Of a DNA stretch of 64,000 nucleotides, positions 48,880 to 57,367 are shown in pieces; positions within the stretch are counted from its first letter, which is position 1, and each line of letters begins with the position of its first letter. The stretch spans positions 108,973 through 172,972 of the forward strand of contig UROI01000001.1 in NCBI GenBank assembly GCA_900549325.1, written 5' to 3'. The translations under genes and the position numbers were made by a program. Below the pieces are notes generated by a model. The model was not told the DNA's origin and did not search any database. It saw nothing but the letters and a program-made list of their open reading frames with translations. The DNA comes from an uncultured Mycoplasmatota bacterium (lineage in GTDB: Bacteria; Bacillota_I; Bacilli_A; RF39; UBA660).

Positions 48880-50649
48880 ATGCAAATTAGAGTTACACTT
48901 TTAGTTATAAGTTTTTTATATGTTATGTTAACTAATATTGTATATTTTTCAAAAATTAGAATTAATAATAGTGAAAATGCAGTTTACGAAAAATTATTAT
49001 CCATTACACCTATTGGCCTGCTACTAGAAATAGGTTGTAATATTACAGCTATTTATAAAATGAATTACTTGGTATCTAGTATAATATCTAGATTATATCT
49101 TATATTTATATTAGTATGGCTTACTACTTTTACTTTGTATATACTTACTATTACTAAATATAAAAGTGATAAATTAATAGAATATAAAAAGAGTAAGATA
49201 AGAAAGAGTATAATTATTGGTTCTATTTCTTCAATATTACTTTTGATATTTTTACCTATTGATTTTGTATTAGAGAAAAATTCAGCATATTTAGGTGGAA
49301 TGGGTATAGTATTTCTTTTAGCAATTACTTTTCTTTTAATTATTTTAGATTTTATACTATTTATAAAATATTTTAAAAATATGACTTTTAGAGAAAAAGT
49401 TCCAATGCTTTTATTACTTCTTTTAATAGGAGGACTTTTACTAGTCAATAATATTGCTCCAGAAATACAAATTATTTCTAGTTCATTTGCCTTAATAACA
49501 GTAATTATGTATTTTACTATAGAGAATCCTGATAAGAAATTACTTGAAGAGATACATGTGTCTAAGAAAATAGCAGATGCTGCGAATGAAGATAAAAGTA
49601 TGCTTATATATAATATGATGAATGAGGTTAAGAGTATTGCTAGTGATATTAATAAGTCTTCTGAAGTAATACTAAATAGTAATAATTTAGAAGAAAATAG
49701 ATTCTTTGCTAGAGAGATAATAGCCTCTAATAATAAGTTATATAGTATGGCTAATGATATATATAATATTGATGTTATTGATGATATTAATGTTAAGACT
49801 GTTAAGAATAAATATAATATTAAATTATTACTTAAAGAAGTTATAAGTAAAAATAAAGAGTTATTTGAAGATAAAGATATTAGTTTTAGATTTAATATAG
49901 ATAGTAATCTTCCTAATAATTTATATGGTGATAGTATTAATTTAAAGAATGTATTAAATACTATTTTAGGGAATTCTTATAAGTATACTGATAAGGGATA
50001 TGTAGAGTTATCTGTTAATGCTATATTTAAAAAAGATATAGTTAGATTAATTATAAAGATAGAAGATTCTGGTATTGGTATTAAGGCTGAAGATTTAGAA
50101 AGGTGTTTAAATAAAAATACTAAAGATCAAAATGGTTTATATGGAGCTAGAAAGACTATTAATATAATGGGTGGTAATTTACTTATAAGTAGTGAATATA
50201 ATAAAGGTACTATTGTTACTATTATATTAGATCAAAAGATATATACTTCTAGTGATAAGAAAGATAATTATGATAGTTATGTTAATAAAAAAAAGATATT
50301 AATTGTAGATGATAATAATTCTAGTATTAAGCTAATTGGTAAAATATTAGAAAAACATAATATACTATATGATAGTTCTAATTTGGGTAAAGATGCCCTT
50401 GATAGAATTAGAAAAGGGGATAAGTATGATATGTTATTGTTAGATGATGATATGCCATATTTATCTTGGAATGTAGTAATGAAAAAGTTAAAGAATATTA
50501 AAGGATTTGATATACCAGTAATAATACTTACTAAGAATGATAATATAAATAATATTAAAGAATATAAAACTGTAGGTATTACTGACTATATATTAAAGCC
50601 AATAGATAAAGATGATTTAATGAATAAGATAAGCAAGTACTTGAAATAA
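48880..50649 (+). CDS. Hybrid sensor kinase-like protein (multi-TM sensor + HATPase + receiver) lacking the phospho-acceptor His
   Basis: About 6-7 N-terminal TM helices. The N box is LKNVLNTILGNSYKYT, G1 is EDSGIGI, and G2 is degenerate. The receiver is ILIVDDNNSS...MLLLDDDMP...ILTKN...ILKP. The H-box position reads SMLIYNMMNEVKSI, with Asn instead of His. Confidence 0.75.
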   Translation: MQIRVTLLVISFLYVMLTNIVYFSKIRINNSENAVYEKLLSITPIGLLLEIGCNITAIYKMNYLVSSIISRLYLIFILVWLTTFTLYILTITKYKSDKLIEYKKSKIRKSIIIGSISSILLLIFLPIDFVLEKNSAYLGGMGIVFLLAITFLLIILDFILFIKYFKNMTFREKVPMLLLLLLIGGLLLVNNIAPEIQIISSSFALITVIMYFTIENPDKKLLEEIHVSKKIADAANEDKSMLIYNMMNEVKSIASDINKSSEVILNSNNLEENRFFAREIIASNNKLYSMANDIYNIDVIDDINVKTVKNKYNIKLLLKEVISKNKELFEDKDISFRFNIDSNLPNNLYGDSINLKNVLNTILGNSYKYTDKGYVELSVNAIFKKDIVRLIIKIEDSGIGIKAEDLERCLNKNTKDQNGLYGARKTINIMGGNLLISSEYNKGTIVTIILDQKIYTSSDKKDNYDSYVNKKKILIVDDNNSSIKLIGKILEKHNILYDSSNLGKDALDRIRKGDKYDMLLLDDDMPYLSWNVVMKKLKNIKGFDIPVIILTKNDNINNIKEYKTVGITDYILKPIDKDDLMNKISKYLK

Positions 50650-50747
50650 TGGTACTTGTTTTATTTCAAAACAATTACTTTTTTATTATTGCAAAATATT
50701 ATTAAATATAGTATTATTAGTATGTAAGGTAGAGGAGTGAAATATTT

Positions 50748-52070
50748 ATGAAAAAGAAAATTATTATATTTATTGCATTAATTAGTGTATTATTACCGAT
50801 TAATGTAAAAGCATTAACAGGTAGTATTAATTTATCGTGTGACAAAACAAAACTTAACCCTAATGAAGAAACTACTTGTTATGTAAAAGGAAATATTAAT
50901 GAAGAAGTGTCTGGTATAGATGCTACTTTAGTACTAGGAGATAATTTAACATTATCTAGTATTACTAAAGATTCAATTTGGGATAGTGGGGATGTTGGTA
51001 CTGATAGTAATAAAATAGTATTAGTTACTAGTAATAATCCTAAAGGTAATTTTAATGTTGTTACTTTTAAAGTAAAGGCTGGAAGTAAAAGTAATATGGA
51101 TACTAAAATATCACTTAGTGATGTAAAATTATCTAATGCTACTGATTTTACTGAGACAGATTTTACTGTTGATGATGTTAAAATTAGAATACCAAGTACA
51201 GTGAATACTCTATCTAGTTTAACTGTAAGTGGAACTACATTTAATTTTAATGAGAATACTACTAGCTATGAATTAGAAGTCGATAGTGATAAAGTAACTA
51301 TTAGTGCTACTAGAAAAGATACTAATTCTGTTGTAAGTGGTGATACTGGTAGTAAGAATTTAAAATATGGATTAAATACATTTTATGTAAAAGTAACTAG
51401 TGAGTCAGGTAGTGTAAAAACATATACATTAAAAATTACTAGACCAGATAATAGAAGTAAAGAAAACTATATGTTAAGTTTTAAGTTTGGTAATTATGAT
51501 TTAGATTTTTCTAAAGATAAAACTAATTATGATTTGATAGTTAATAATAAAATAACTAGAATGGCAAGCTGCTACGGAGAAATAGATGATGATACTATTC
51601 TTTGTATAGACTCTGAAAGTCTTAAATATTCAGATAAAGCAAATGTAAATATATCAATTAATGGTAAAAATTTAAATGATTTATTTGATGAAGATAAAAT
51701 AGAATTAAAGTGTAATGATGATGAGACATCATGTGAAGTTTATTTTGAAAATAATAAAATAGGAATGGTTGAATATAAAGATGATAAAGAGTTTGGTTAT
51801 GTTATATTAGATGATTTAAAAGTGGGAAATAATCAATTAAAAGTAATAGTGACTGCTGAAAACGAAGAAGAGAGAACTTATACATTTAATATAAATAGAA
51901 AGGATGAAGAAGGTAAAGTTATTGATAAAACTGAAGAAGAAATTACTTCAAATAGTGGAACTGGTTCTATTTATATGATAATTGTAGGTATAGTATTGGT
52001 TGTTGCTTTAGTTGTTTTGTTTATAGTATTAAAAAGAAAAAATTTATTTAATAAAGAAAGAAATAATTAG
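50748..52070 (+). CDS. Cell-surface protein: signal peptide + cohesin-like module + cadherin-like beta-sandwich repeats + C-terminal TM anchor
   Basis: The signal peptide is MKKKIIIFIALISVLLPINVKA. Residues ~24-150 have a cohesin-like pattern (...GNFNVVTFKVKAGSKSN...). LSSLTVSGTTFNFNENTTSYELEV...YTLKITR is cadherin-like. The C-terminal TM is IYMIIVGIVLVVALVVLFIVLKRK. Confidence 0.6.
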   Translation: MKKKIIIFIALISVLLPINVKALTGSINLSCDKTKLNPNEETTCYVKGNINEEVSGIDATLVLGDNLTLSSITKDSIWDSGDVGTDSNKIVLVTSNNPKGNFNVVTFKVKAGSKSNMDTKISLSDVKLSNATDFTETDFTVDDVKIRIPSTVNTLSSLTVSGTTFNFNENTTSYELEVDSDKVTISATRKDTNSVVSGDTGSKNLKYGLNTFYVKVTSESGSVKTYTLKITRPDNRSKENYMLSFKFGNYDLDFSKDKTNYDLIVNNKITRMASCYGEIDDDTILCIDSESLKYSDKANVNISINGKNLNDLFDEDKIELKCNDDETSCEVYFENNKIGMVEYKDDKEFGYVILDDLKVGNNQLKVIVTAENEEERTYTFNINRKDEEGKVIDKTEEEITSNSGTGSIYMIIVGIVLVVALVVLFIVLKRKNLFNKERNN

Positions 52071-52081
52071 GAGTAGGTAGT

Positions 52082-55000
52082 ATGAAAAAGAAAATAATAT
52101 ATCTTGGTAGTTTTATTATATTGATATTAGGTATAGGCATATTTGTAGATCAGGCTTTCTTTAAACCAACAGAAATAAATAGTTTTATAGCTTCAAAAAT
52201 GTATAGTAGCCCTGCGAATAATGCTTTTACTGATGATAATTTTTATAAATGTGTAGTAGATGCTTATAATAGTGAGAATAAAACTAGTTTACCATATACT
52301 ACAAATCTAAGTGATGAACAGTTAAAGACTATTACTAATTTGAATTGTGTTGGAACAGGTACAAATGAAAAAATTGAAAGTACTAATGGTTTGGAAAAAC
52401 TGACTGCTTTGAATTATTTGTATGTAGGTGATAATCAATTAACAGAAATAGATGTAAGTAAAAATACAGCATTAACACATTTGGATGTAAGCAGTAATCA
52501 ATTAGTAAATCTAGATGTAAGTAAAAATACAGCATTAACATATTTGGATGCAAGCAGTAATCAATTAGTAAGTTTAGATGTAAGTAAAAATATAGCATTA
52601 ACATATTTGTATGCAAGTAACAATCAACTAACAAAACTAGATGTAAGTGGAGCAACGGCATTAAAAACTTTGTATGCAAGTGGAACTCAATTGACCACAT
52701 TAGATGTAAGCAAGAACACAGCATTAACTGATTTGAGTATAAGCAAAAGTAGATTAGCTAGTTTGGATGTGAGCAAAAATAAGTCTTTAGTAAATTTATG
52801 GATATATAATAATCAATTAGAAAGTTTAAATATAAGTGGAGCAACAGCTCTTCAATATGTTGATGCAAGGAATGACATTGCGTATAACTATAACTACGAT
52901 ATTTTGAAGAACAAATTAACAATTTTAAATGTAGATAATACTCCACACCTAAAGAATTTATATTTATCAGGCAATCAATTAGAAAGTTTAGATATAAGTG
53001 GGGTACCTAGCTTAGAAGCCTTAAATGTTGGTGATAATGAATTAACAGAATTAGATGTAAGTAAAAATGTTTTGCTAATAGCATTGGATGTAGATAAAAA
53101 TCAATTAACAAGCTTAGATATAAGTGAAAACACCGCTTTGATAAGATTAAATGCACGTTATAATAAGCTTACAAGTTTAGATGTAAGTAAAAATATTTCC
53201 CTAACTACTATGTTTGTAGATAAAAATCAGCTTGTAAATTTAGATTTAAGTAAGAACTTGTTATTAACAACATTGTATGTGTACGATAATTTATTTTACA
53301 AAACAATTGGCATATATAAAAATAATGAAGTGAATATTAATATGTTGACTTCGCCAATTAAACTATCAACAGAAAAAACAAATTCTTTAACAAGCATTAA
53401 ATTAAATAATGTAATAAAAGAAAGAATAGATTCAACTATTGCAGGCAATTATCAATATAATCTAGAATATAAACATGACATACAAACGAGTTCTAATGAT
53501 TATAATGTAACTTTAAATCTATATGTAATAGAAGCAACAAGTAATAAGTACGATATTAATGCAGAAGAAGGATATATTTATACAAAAACAGATACAGACG
53601 AAGAAACAATATTAAGTAATATTAATTTAAATTATGGAGAAACATCAATAGAAGATAATAAATTAATTATTAAGTATGGTGATGAGGTATTAAAGACATT
53701 TAAGATAGTTAATATTTCTAGTACTAAGTATGATTTAAGTAAAGAATATATATTTGATAATAATTTTGATATAAATAATATTAAGGTTGTTAATGGTACT
53801 AGTGATGTTAATAATAATGAATTATTAATTAAATATGAAGATGTAGTATTAAGTAAATATAATTTAGTAAGTTATAATAGTGATAAATATGATTTAAGTA
53901 AAGATAGCATTAAAGTACTTGATAATAATATTGAAGAGTTTATTAGTAATATTAAATGTATTAATTGTAATGTTAAGATATTTGATGGTAATGAATATAA
54001 AGCTAAGGGTGACTTTGGTGATAATGATAAACTTAGAATATTATATGGTGATGAAGTATTAAAAGAATATAGTTTAACTTATGGTGTAAATGGTATTTCT
54101 TTGGTTAATAAGAAAGTTAAGTTAAATTTAGATACTAAGAATAGTGTTAAATTAGAATATACTATTAGTCCTAAGAATGCTGATAATAAAGAAGTTACTT
54201 GGAAGAGTAGTAATACTGATGTTGTTACTATAGATAATAATGGTGTTATTACTGCGAAAGGATATGGAGATGCAGTTATTACTGTTACTACAGTAGATGG
54301 TAATTATAGTGATACTTGTGATGTTAATGTATCTGAGTTTATTACTTATACTATTACTTATAAAGATGGAGATAATACTTATACTGAAGATTATGAAGAA
54401 GGAGATAGTGTTACTTGGAAGAGTGATGTTACTAAAAAGGGTTATACTTTAGTAGGTTGGAAGTATAATGATAAGGAATATAAACTTAGTGATAAGTTTA
54501 CTATGATAAATGAAGATATTACTGTTACTTCGATATGGAATGTTAATAAATATACTATTACTTATGAAGTAAATGGTGGTAGTATTAATAATAAAACTAA
54601 AGAAGTTACTTATGATAGTAAATATGGTATATTAGATATACCTAGTAAAAAAGGTTATACTTTTAAAGGATGGTATAAAGAGAATGATTTTATTAGTATG
54701 GTAGATGAAAATACTATAGTAAGTGAAGATAAAGATCATACTTTATATGCTAAATGGGAAATTAATAGTTATAAATTAACTATTGATACTGGTATTAATA
54801 CTAATGAATATACTTTAAAGTATAATGAAGAAAAAGAAATAGTTATTCCTGAAAGAAAAGGTTATAGTTTTGTTAAATGGAATATTACTGGTACTGATAG
54901 TAGTATTAATAATAATATATTTAAAATGGGTATTGAAGATAGTACTTTAGTAGCAGAATGGAAATTAATTATTCCTGAGATTAAAAATTATAAAGTTAAA

Positions 55001-55378
55001 GATAAATATATTACTGGTGCTAAGTTAAATACTAATGTTAATGATTTTGATTTGGGATTAGATAGTATATATAGTGTAAGAATAACTGATAAACTTCTTG
55101 ATAATGGTTTAATTGGAACTGGAAATAAGGTTAATATATATTTAGATGATGAATTAGTTGTTAGTTATATTGCAGTAGTTAAAGGTGATACAACAGGTGA
55201 TGGTAAGGTTAGTGTAGGAGATGTAGCTAAACTATATCAATATTTAAAGAAAAAGATAACTATGGAAGAACATTTTGTAATAGCAGGTAATGTTGTTGAT
55301 GTTGATGATGAAATTAAAGTTGGTGATGTTGCTAAGTTATATCAATTTGTTAAAGGTAAAATAAGTAGTTTGGAGTGA
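52082..55378 (+). CDS. Large surface protein: N-terminal anchor/signal, ~13 LRRs, Big_2 domain, Listeria-Bacteroides (Flg_new) repeats, C-terminal dockerin-like duplication
   Basis: The 21-aa LRR units read LDVSKNTALTxLxxSSNQLxx. Big_2 is VKLEYTISPKNADNKEVTWKSSNTDVVTIDNNGVITAKGYGDAVITV. The Flg_new repeats are KKGYTLVGWKY, KKGYTFKGWY and RKGYSFVKWN. The C-terminus is GDTTGDGKVSVGDVAKLYQYL ... VDVDDEIKVGDVAKLYQFV. Confidence 0.75.
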   Translation: MKKKIIYLGSFIILILGIGIFVDQAFFKPTEINSFIASKMYSSPANNAFTDDNFYKCVVDAYNSENKTSLPYTTNLSDEQLKTITNLNCVGTGTNEKIESTNGLEKLTALNYLYVGDNQLTEIDVSKNTALTHLDVSSNQLVNLDVSKNTALTYLDASSNQLVSLDVSKNIALTYLYASNNQLTKLDVSGATALKTLYASGTQLTTLDVSKNTALTDLSISKSRLASLDVSKNKSLVNLWIYNNQLESLNISGATALQYVDARNDIAYNYNYDILKNKLTILNVDNTPHLKNLYLSGNQLESLDISGVPSLEALNVGDNELTELDVSKNVLLIALDVDKNQLTSLDISENTALIRLNARYNKLTSLDVSKNISLTTMFVDKNQLVNLDLSKNLLLTTLYVYDNLFYKTIGIYKNNEVNINMLTSPIKLSTEKTNSLTSIKLNNVIKERIDSTIAGNYQYNLEYKHDIQTSSNDYNVTLNLYVIEATSNKYDINAEEGYIYTKTDTDEETILSNINLNYGETSIEDNKLIIKYGDEVLKTFKIVNISSTKYDLSKEYIFDNNFDINNIKVVNGTSDVNNNELLIKYEDVVLSKYNLVSYNSDKYDLSKDSIKVLDNNIEEFISNIKCINCNVKIFDGNEYKAKGDFGDNDKLRILYGDEVLKEYSLTYGVNGISLVNKKVKLNLDTKNSVKLEYTISPKNADNKEVTWKSSNTDVVTIDNNGVITAKGYGDAVITVTTVDGNYSDTCDVNVSEFITYTITYKDGDNTYTEDYEEGDSVTWKSDVTKKGYTLVGWKYNDKEYKLSDKFTMINEDITVTSIWNVNKYTITYEVNGGSINNKTKEVTYDSKYGILDIPSKKGYTFKGWYKENDFISMVDENTIVSEDKDHTLYAKWEINSYKLTIDTGINTNEYTLKYNEEKEIVIPERKGYSFVKWNITGTDSSINNNIFKMGIEDSTLVAEWKLIIPEIKNYKVKDKYITGAKLNTNVNDFDLGLDSIYSVRITDKLLDNGLIGTGNKVNIYLDDELVVSYIAVVKGDTTGDGKVSVGDVAKLYQYLKKKITMEEHFVIAGNVVDVDDEIKVGDVAKLYQFVKGKISSLE
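52451..53286 (+). repeat. 63-bp tandem coding repeats (LRR units) inside the 52082-55378 gene
   Basis: Units start at 52451, 52514, 52577, 52640 and so on. The first two units differ at only 4 of 63 nt. The array is interrupted near 52860-52930 and then continues in more diverged form. Confidence 0.85.
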
Positions 55379-55382
55379 TAGT

Positions 55383-56540
55383 GTGAGAAAGAAGATTATT
55401 TTAATGGGAGTGATATTAAGCATATTATTTCCTATTAATGTAAAAGCCTTAAGTGGTAGTATAAATATTAGCTGTAATGATTCTAATGTTATAGTGGGTA
55501 ATAGTACTAATTGTAGTATTACTGGTAATTCTGATTCTGAAGTTAGTGCACTTGCTATGACTTTGTCTTCAGGAGGAAGTATTAGTATAAGTAATATTGT
55601 TACTTCTTCAGTATGGCAAGGTAATGGTAGTGATGGTGATATACAATTATATACTGATAATAATAAAACTGGTAATTTTAGTATAGCTACTTTTACTGTT
55701 ACTGGTAATAGTGTTGGTAGTGGAACTATTACTGCGAGTGGTGTTATGTTTACTGGAGCAGATTTTAATGATGTTGGTGTTTCAGGGAAAAATATTGTTA
55801 TTAATGTAAAAGAAAAAGAAACTCCTAAACCTAATCCTGAACCTACTCCAAAACCTAGTAATAATGGTAATAATAACAATAATAGTAATAATAATAATAA
55901 TCAAATTAAAAAGAGTAATGATGCTACTTTGAAGAGTCTAAGTATTAGTGATGTTAATTTTGAATTTTCTTCTGATAAATATGATTATGAAGTAGATGTT
56001 AATAATGATGTTGATAAGATAGAGATTGAGACTATAGCTAATAATGATAAGGCAAAGGTAACTATACCTGAAGATTTATCTTTGAAGATTGGGAAGAATA
56101 AATTTACTATAGTTGTTGAGGCAGAAGATGGTACTAAGAAAGAATATAATATTAGTATTAATAGATTAGATAGAAAACTATCTAATAATACATACTTATC
56201 TAAATTAACAATAGAGGGGTATGATATTATATTTAGAAAAGATAAGTATATATATAATATTGGTGATATTAAGAATAATAAATTAAATGTTAAGGCAGAA
56301 GCTGAAGATAAAACTTCTAAAATAGATATATATGGTAATAATAGTATTGGTAAGAATGGTGTTATTGTAGTTAAAGTTACTGCTGAAGATAAAACTACTA
56401 GTGAATATATTATATACGTTAATAATAATTCTATAAATATTAAAGATATTTTACTAATATGTTTTCTATGTCTATTTATAATATCTATAATAATTAATTT
56501 TATATTAATATTAGGAAAAAGAAAAAAACTAAGAAGCTAA
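55383..56540 (+). CDS. Cell-surface protein, paralog of 50748-52070 (cohesin-like module + Pro/Asn linker + 2 cadherin-like repeats + TM anchor)
   Basis: It has a GTG start. The signal MRKKIILMGVILSILFPINVKALSGSINISC parallels the first paralog. The linker is PKPNPEPTPKPSNNGNNNNNSNNNNN. LKSLSISDVNFEFSSDKYDYEV...YNISINR and LSKLTIEGYDIIF...YIIYVN are cadherin-like. There is a C-terminal TM. Confidence 0.6.
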   Translation: MRKKIILMGVILSILFPINVKALSGSINISCNDSNVIVGNSTNCSITGNSDSEVSALAMTLSSGGSISISNIVTSSVWQGNGSDGDIQLYTDNNKTGNFSIATFTVTGNSVGSGTITASGVMFTGADFNDVGVSGKNIVINVKEKETPKPNPEPTPKPSNNGNNNNNSNNNNNQIKKSNDATLKSLSISDVNFEFSSDKYDYEVDVNNDVDKIEIETIANNDKAKVTIPEDLSLKIGKNKFTIVVEAEDGTKKEYNISINRLDRKLSNNTYLSKLTIEGYDIIFRKDKYIYNIGDIKNNKLNVKAEAEDKTSKIDIYGNNSIGKNGVIVVKVTAEDKTTSEYIIYVNNNSINIKDILLICFLCLFIISIIINFILILGKRKKLRS

Positions 56541-56616
56541 GATAGGGTAATGAACTCTATCTTTTGTTGTAAAATAATGTAATATAGTGTATAATATTAT
56601 CTGTGAGGAGAAATTT

Positions 56617-57234
56617 ATGAAAATTGAAAAATTAAATAAAGATAATATTAAAGAATTTATAAGGGATATAGATACTGCTGAAGAGATAGAACTTAATATT
56701 AATAAATTAGAATATTATGCTGTTAAAGAAGATGATATTTATTTACTTGCTTTTGAAATGCTTAGTGATGAAGATAAAATATCTATTAAGTATGTTAATA
56801 ATAAAGTAAAAGAAGATAAGTTTTTAGATATTATTAATTATTTAAATAATATATTAGTAGTTAAAACTCATTTAATTATAGATTTGTATAATGATAAATA
56901 TATGGATGTATTAAGTAATAACTATAAATGTAAAGAAATATATGTTTCTTTAATGAAAGATAATGTCACTGAAAGTAATTCTAAATATAAAGAAGAACTT
57001 GCAGAGATTGATATGTATAATATTAGATATTTATCTTCAAAGAATGAGATAGTGTGTAATTTAGTTAAACAAAATATTCAAGATGAGAGAATTATATTAG
57101 AACTTAATAGTAAATTTATTACTATGAATAGTAGTATTATTAGTTTTATTATTAATGATGGTATGATAGAATTATTTACTAAAGAACTTGGATATGATGT
57201 AGTGTATAAGAGTTTTGTTATAGTTAAGGAATAG
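56617..57234 (+). CDS. Hypothetical protein
   Basis: ATG 56617 follows GAGGAG. 205 aa with no recognisable motif. Confidence 0.5.
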   Translation: MKIEKLNKDNIKEFIRDIDTAEEIELNINKLEYYAVKEDDIYLLAFEMLSDEDKISIKYVNNKVKEDKFLDIINYLNNILVVKTHLIIDLYNDKYMDVLSNNYKCKEIYVSLMKDNVTESNSKYKEELAEIDMYNIRYLSSKNEIVCNLVKQNIQDERIILELNSKFITMNSSIISFIINDGMIELFTKELGYDVVYKSFVIVKE

Positions 57235-57251
57235 ACTTAACTATTTTTTTT

Positions 57252-57290
57252 TGCCAAAATGTAAAATGAAAAACTGCCAAAATGTAAAAT
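57252..57290 (+). repeat. 16-nt direct repeat x2 upstream of murD-murC
   Basis: TGCCAAAATGTAAAAT at 57252-57267 and again at 57275-57290 (23-nt period). It lies ~45 nt upstream of an extended -10, TGGTATAAT. Confidence 0.8.
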
Positions 57291-57367
57291 TGGAATTAAA
57301 TTGATATATTATTTATATATTTTAGTGTAATTATATGGTATAATTTATAATGTATTAAACATTTAAT

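Noticed and set aside
52383-52946. Minus-strand ORFs 52383-52724 and 52758-52946 with periodic sequence
   Set aside because: The periodicity is just the reverse complement of the 63-bp LRR coding repeats. The plus-strand gene is well supported.
55337-55879. Minus-strand 180-aa ORF
   Set aside because: It is antisense to the start of the second cohesin-like gene and the end of the LRR gene. The translation is a low-complexity Leu/Pro/Thr string.
55855-55910. AAT-rich microsatellite-like tract (also 28040-28090) as a possible CRISPR or repeat element
   Set aside because: It lies in frame inside coding sequence, encoding poly-Asn linkers. There is no repeat-spacer structure, and no CRISPR array exists anywhere in the window.
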